Shown: in pieces, positions 16,520-17,995 of the stretch
Layout: each line of letters begins with the position of its first letter
How positions within the stretch are numbered: position 1 is the stretch's first letter
The notes under the pieces: generated by a model
What the model saw: only the letters and a program-made list of their open reading frames with translations
Told to the model about the DNA's origin: nothing
The model's database searches: none
Assembly (NCBI GenBank): GCA_043797665.1
Contig: JAZDPL010000022.1
Span: forward strand, 1 to 17,995
Length of the DNA stretch: 17,995 bases
From: Candidatus Omnitrophota bacterium
GTDB lineage: Bacteria; Ratteibacteria; UBA8468; MWAK01
Direction: 5' to 3'
Translations under genes and position numbers: made by a program

Positions 16520-17231
16520 GGTTTTGGTGCTGATACCGGCGTTCAACGAAGAAGAACGGATAGGAACGGTTATTGAAGAGGTTAAAAAGTACCTGCCGGA
16601 AGGAGAGGTTGTTGTGATTAACGACGGTTCGGCTGACCGGACCGCGGACGTAATTATTAAAGCCGGGGCTAAGGTTATCAACCTCCCTTTTAACTTAGGG
16701 GTGGGTTCCGCCTTACAGACCGGATATAAGTTTGCGATAAAGGAAGGATATGACTATGTCATCCAGTTAGACGCAGACGGACAGCATGTCCCTTCATTCC
16801 TTCCTGTTTTTCTGGAGAAAATCCGAAGAACTAAAAGCGACCTGGTCATCGGTTCACGTTTCCTTTCTCCCGGTCCCTATGCCGGTTCCCGGGTCCGACG
16901 CATCGGAATAATCTTCTTTGCCCGATTGACCTCGTTCCTTATCCGGCAGAGGCTGACCGACCCCTTGTCCGGTTACCGGGCAATGAAGAGAGCGGTGGTA
17001 GAACTATGCAGCCGGGATGCTTATACCTTTGACTACCCTGACGCTGACTTTCTTTTAGCGCTCCATCGCCAGCGGTTCAAGATTGAAGAGATTCCGGTTA
17101 CGATGAACCCCCGGAAAGGAGGCCAGTCACAGCATCGGGGACTGGGTCCCATTTTTTACATCTTTAAAATCATGCTCTCTATCCTGGTAAATTTATTGCG
17201 AAAAAATGAAAGGAGCGCACATGGCGATTAA
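16503..17231 (+). CDS. Glycosyltransferase family 2, DPM1-like (polyprenol-phosphate sugar synthase type)
   Basis: 242 aa. LIPAFNEE, VINDGSAD, NLGVGSALQTG, QLDADGQH, DLVIGSRF, TDPLSGYR and EIPV.M.PR.GGQS. Confidence 0.9.
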   Translation: MAEKDRVLVLIPAFNEEERIGTVIEEVKKYLPEGEVVVINDGSADRTADVIIKAGAKVINLPFNLGVGSALQTGYKFAIKEGYDYVIQLDADGQHVPSFLPVFLEKIRRTKSDLVIGSRFLSPGPYAGSRVRRIGIIFFARLTSFLIRQRLTDPLSGYRAMKRAVVELCSRDAYTFDYPDADFLLALHRQRFKIEEIPVTMNPRKGGQSQHRGLGPIFYIFKIMLSILVNLLRKNERSAHGD

Positions 17232-17601
17232 ACTCAAACTACTATCTCTTTTGGTCAGTTTCGGAATGATGTTCGGTATCATTGAACTGGTCCGGCGCCG
17301 AAAACTGAAGGAGGAATATTCTTTCCTGTGGCTAATCACCGGATTTTTCCTGCTTATCTTAACCTTAAGGTTTGACCTGCTTACCCGGATAACCCAGGCA
17401 TTGGGTGTTGTTTCATCTCTCAATACTCTCTTTTTCTTCGGTTTAATCTTCGTCATCCTTCTGTGCCTTCATTATTCCCTGAAGGTCTCCCAACTTACGG
17501 TTGAGATGAAGATTCTGGCGCAGAAAATTGCCCTCCTGGAAGCAGAGATAAATTCAAATATCAAAAATGACGCAGTGTGCCCTATCCCATTCAAGGGATA
17601 G
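17221..17601 (+). CDS. DUF2304 family membrane protein
   Basis: 126 aa from ATG 17221 (RBS AAGGAG). ELVRRRKLKEEYSFLW, three hydrophobic helices and SLKVSQL....KILAQKIALLE. Typical position downstream of a DPM1-like GT2. Confidence 0.85.
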   Translation: MAIKLKLLSLLVSFGMMFGIIELVRRRKLKEEYSFLWLITGFFLLILTLRFDLLTRITQALGVVSSLNTLFFFGLIFVILLCLHYSLKVSQLTVEMKILAQKIALLEAEINSNIKNDAVCPIPFKG

Positions 17602-17657
17602 GGGACCCGTACCCTGAACGCAAGTACGGGTTCCCTTTCCATAGGATTGGAAAGGGA
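17580..17657. repeat. Three back-to-back hairpins
   Basis: CCCTATCCC-ATTCAA-GGGATAGGG (17580-17603), ACCCGTAC-N11-GTACGGGT (17605-17631) and TCCCTTTCCA-TAGGAT-TGGAAAGGGA (17632-17657). Confidence 0.8.
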
Positions 17658-17666
17658 GGGTCTATG

Positions 17667-17709
17667 AGATTCTTCCCCCGGCTTAAAACATGCCGGGGTC
17701 AGAATGACA
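17667..17709. repeat. GACA-tagged element half with internal hairpin
   Basis: AGATTCTTC-CCCCGGC-TTAAAACAT-GCCGGGG-TCAGAATGACA. The outer frame matches 7378-7405, and the loop resembles that of 15407-15437. Confidence 0.8.
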
Positions 17710-17724
17710 AACGTAATCTTCTTT

Positions 17725-17995
17725 ATGTTAAACAATAGGACTATCAAATGGTACCCGCCCATCCTCATCTGCCTTCTGGGCATTATTGTCTATTCCAATA
17801 CGTTTCACGTGCCGTTCCTATTTGACGACACTTTTAACATCATAGAGAACCCGGCCATCAGAAACCTCGGGAACCTAACCGCCATCTGGAACTTTCTTGC
17901 TACCCGGTTTGTCACCTATTTCTCCTTAGCGCTCAACTACCACTTCCATAAATTATCTCTGCCCGGCTACCATATCTTCAACCTGGCGGGACATT
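17725..17995 (+). CDS. TMTC-like GT-C membrane glycosyltransferase, 5' part (runs off window)
   Basis: Not in the ORF track; translated by hand as MLNNRTIKWYPPILICLLGIIVYSNTFHVPFLFDDTFNIIENPAI...RFVTYFSLALNY...GYHIFNLAGH. A TM helix, YSN....F.FDD...I..NP and YH..N are TMTC/GT-C signatures. An in-frame ATG also lies at 17704. Confidence 0.8.
   Translation, partial: MLNNRTIKWYPPILICLLGIIVYSNTFHVPFLFDDTFNIIENPAIRNLGNLTAIWNFLATRFVTYFSLALNYHFHKLSLPGYHIFNLAGH

Overview
Bacterial genomic window (about 48% GC by eye, taxon not determinable). All credible genes are on the + strand, in three blocks. (1) 181-5416 is a tightly coupled operon of unknown function: Ycf46-like AAA+ ATPase, a 60-aa DUF2997-like protein, DUF1257 and DUF2997 proteins, a zinc-ribbon/membrane/signal-peptidase-I-like protein lacking its catalytic Ser and Lys, a TPR protein and a PilT ATPase. 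(2) 5422-7326 holds an HhH-GPD (endonuclease III-like) glycosylase and a DUF763 protein. (3) 7449-end is a glycan locus: UDP-glucuronate decarboxylase, lpdA, GT4, three tandem B12-binding radical SAM enzymes, two GT2s, DUF2304 and the start of a TMTC-like GT-C glycosyltransferase. Most of the longer intergenic gaps hold palindromic elements. These include a GTAG-tagged REP doublet in two copies with compensatory stem changes, one inserted in frame inside a GT2 gene; a TGTC/GACA-tagged family with four members; a perfect 36-bp palindrome; and a 162-bp structured element. Family names come from recognised motifs, not database searches.
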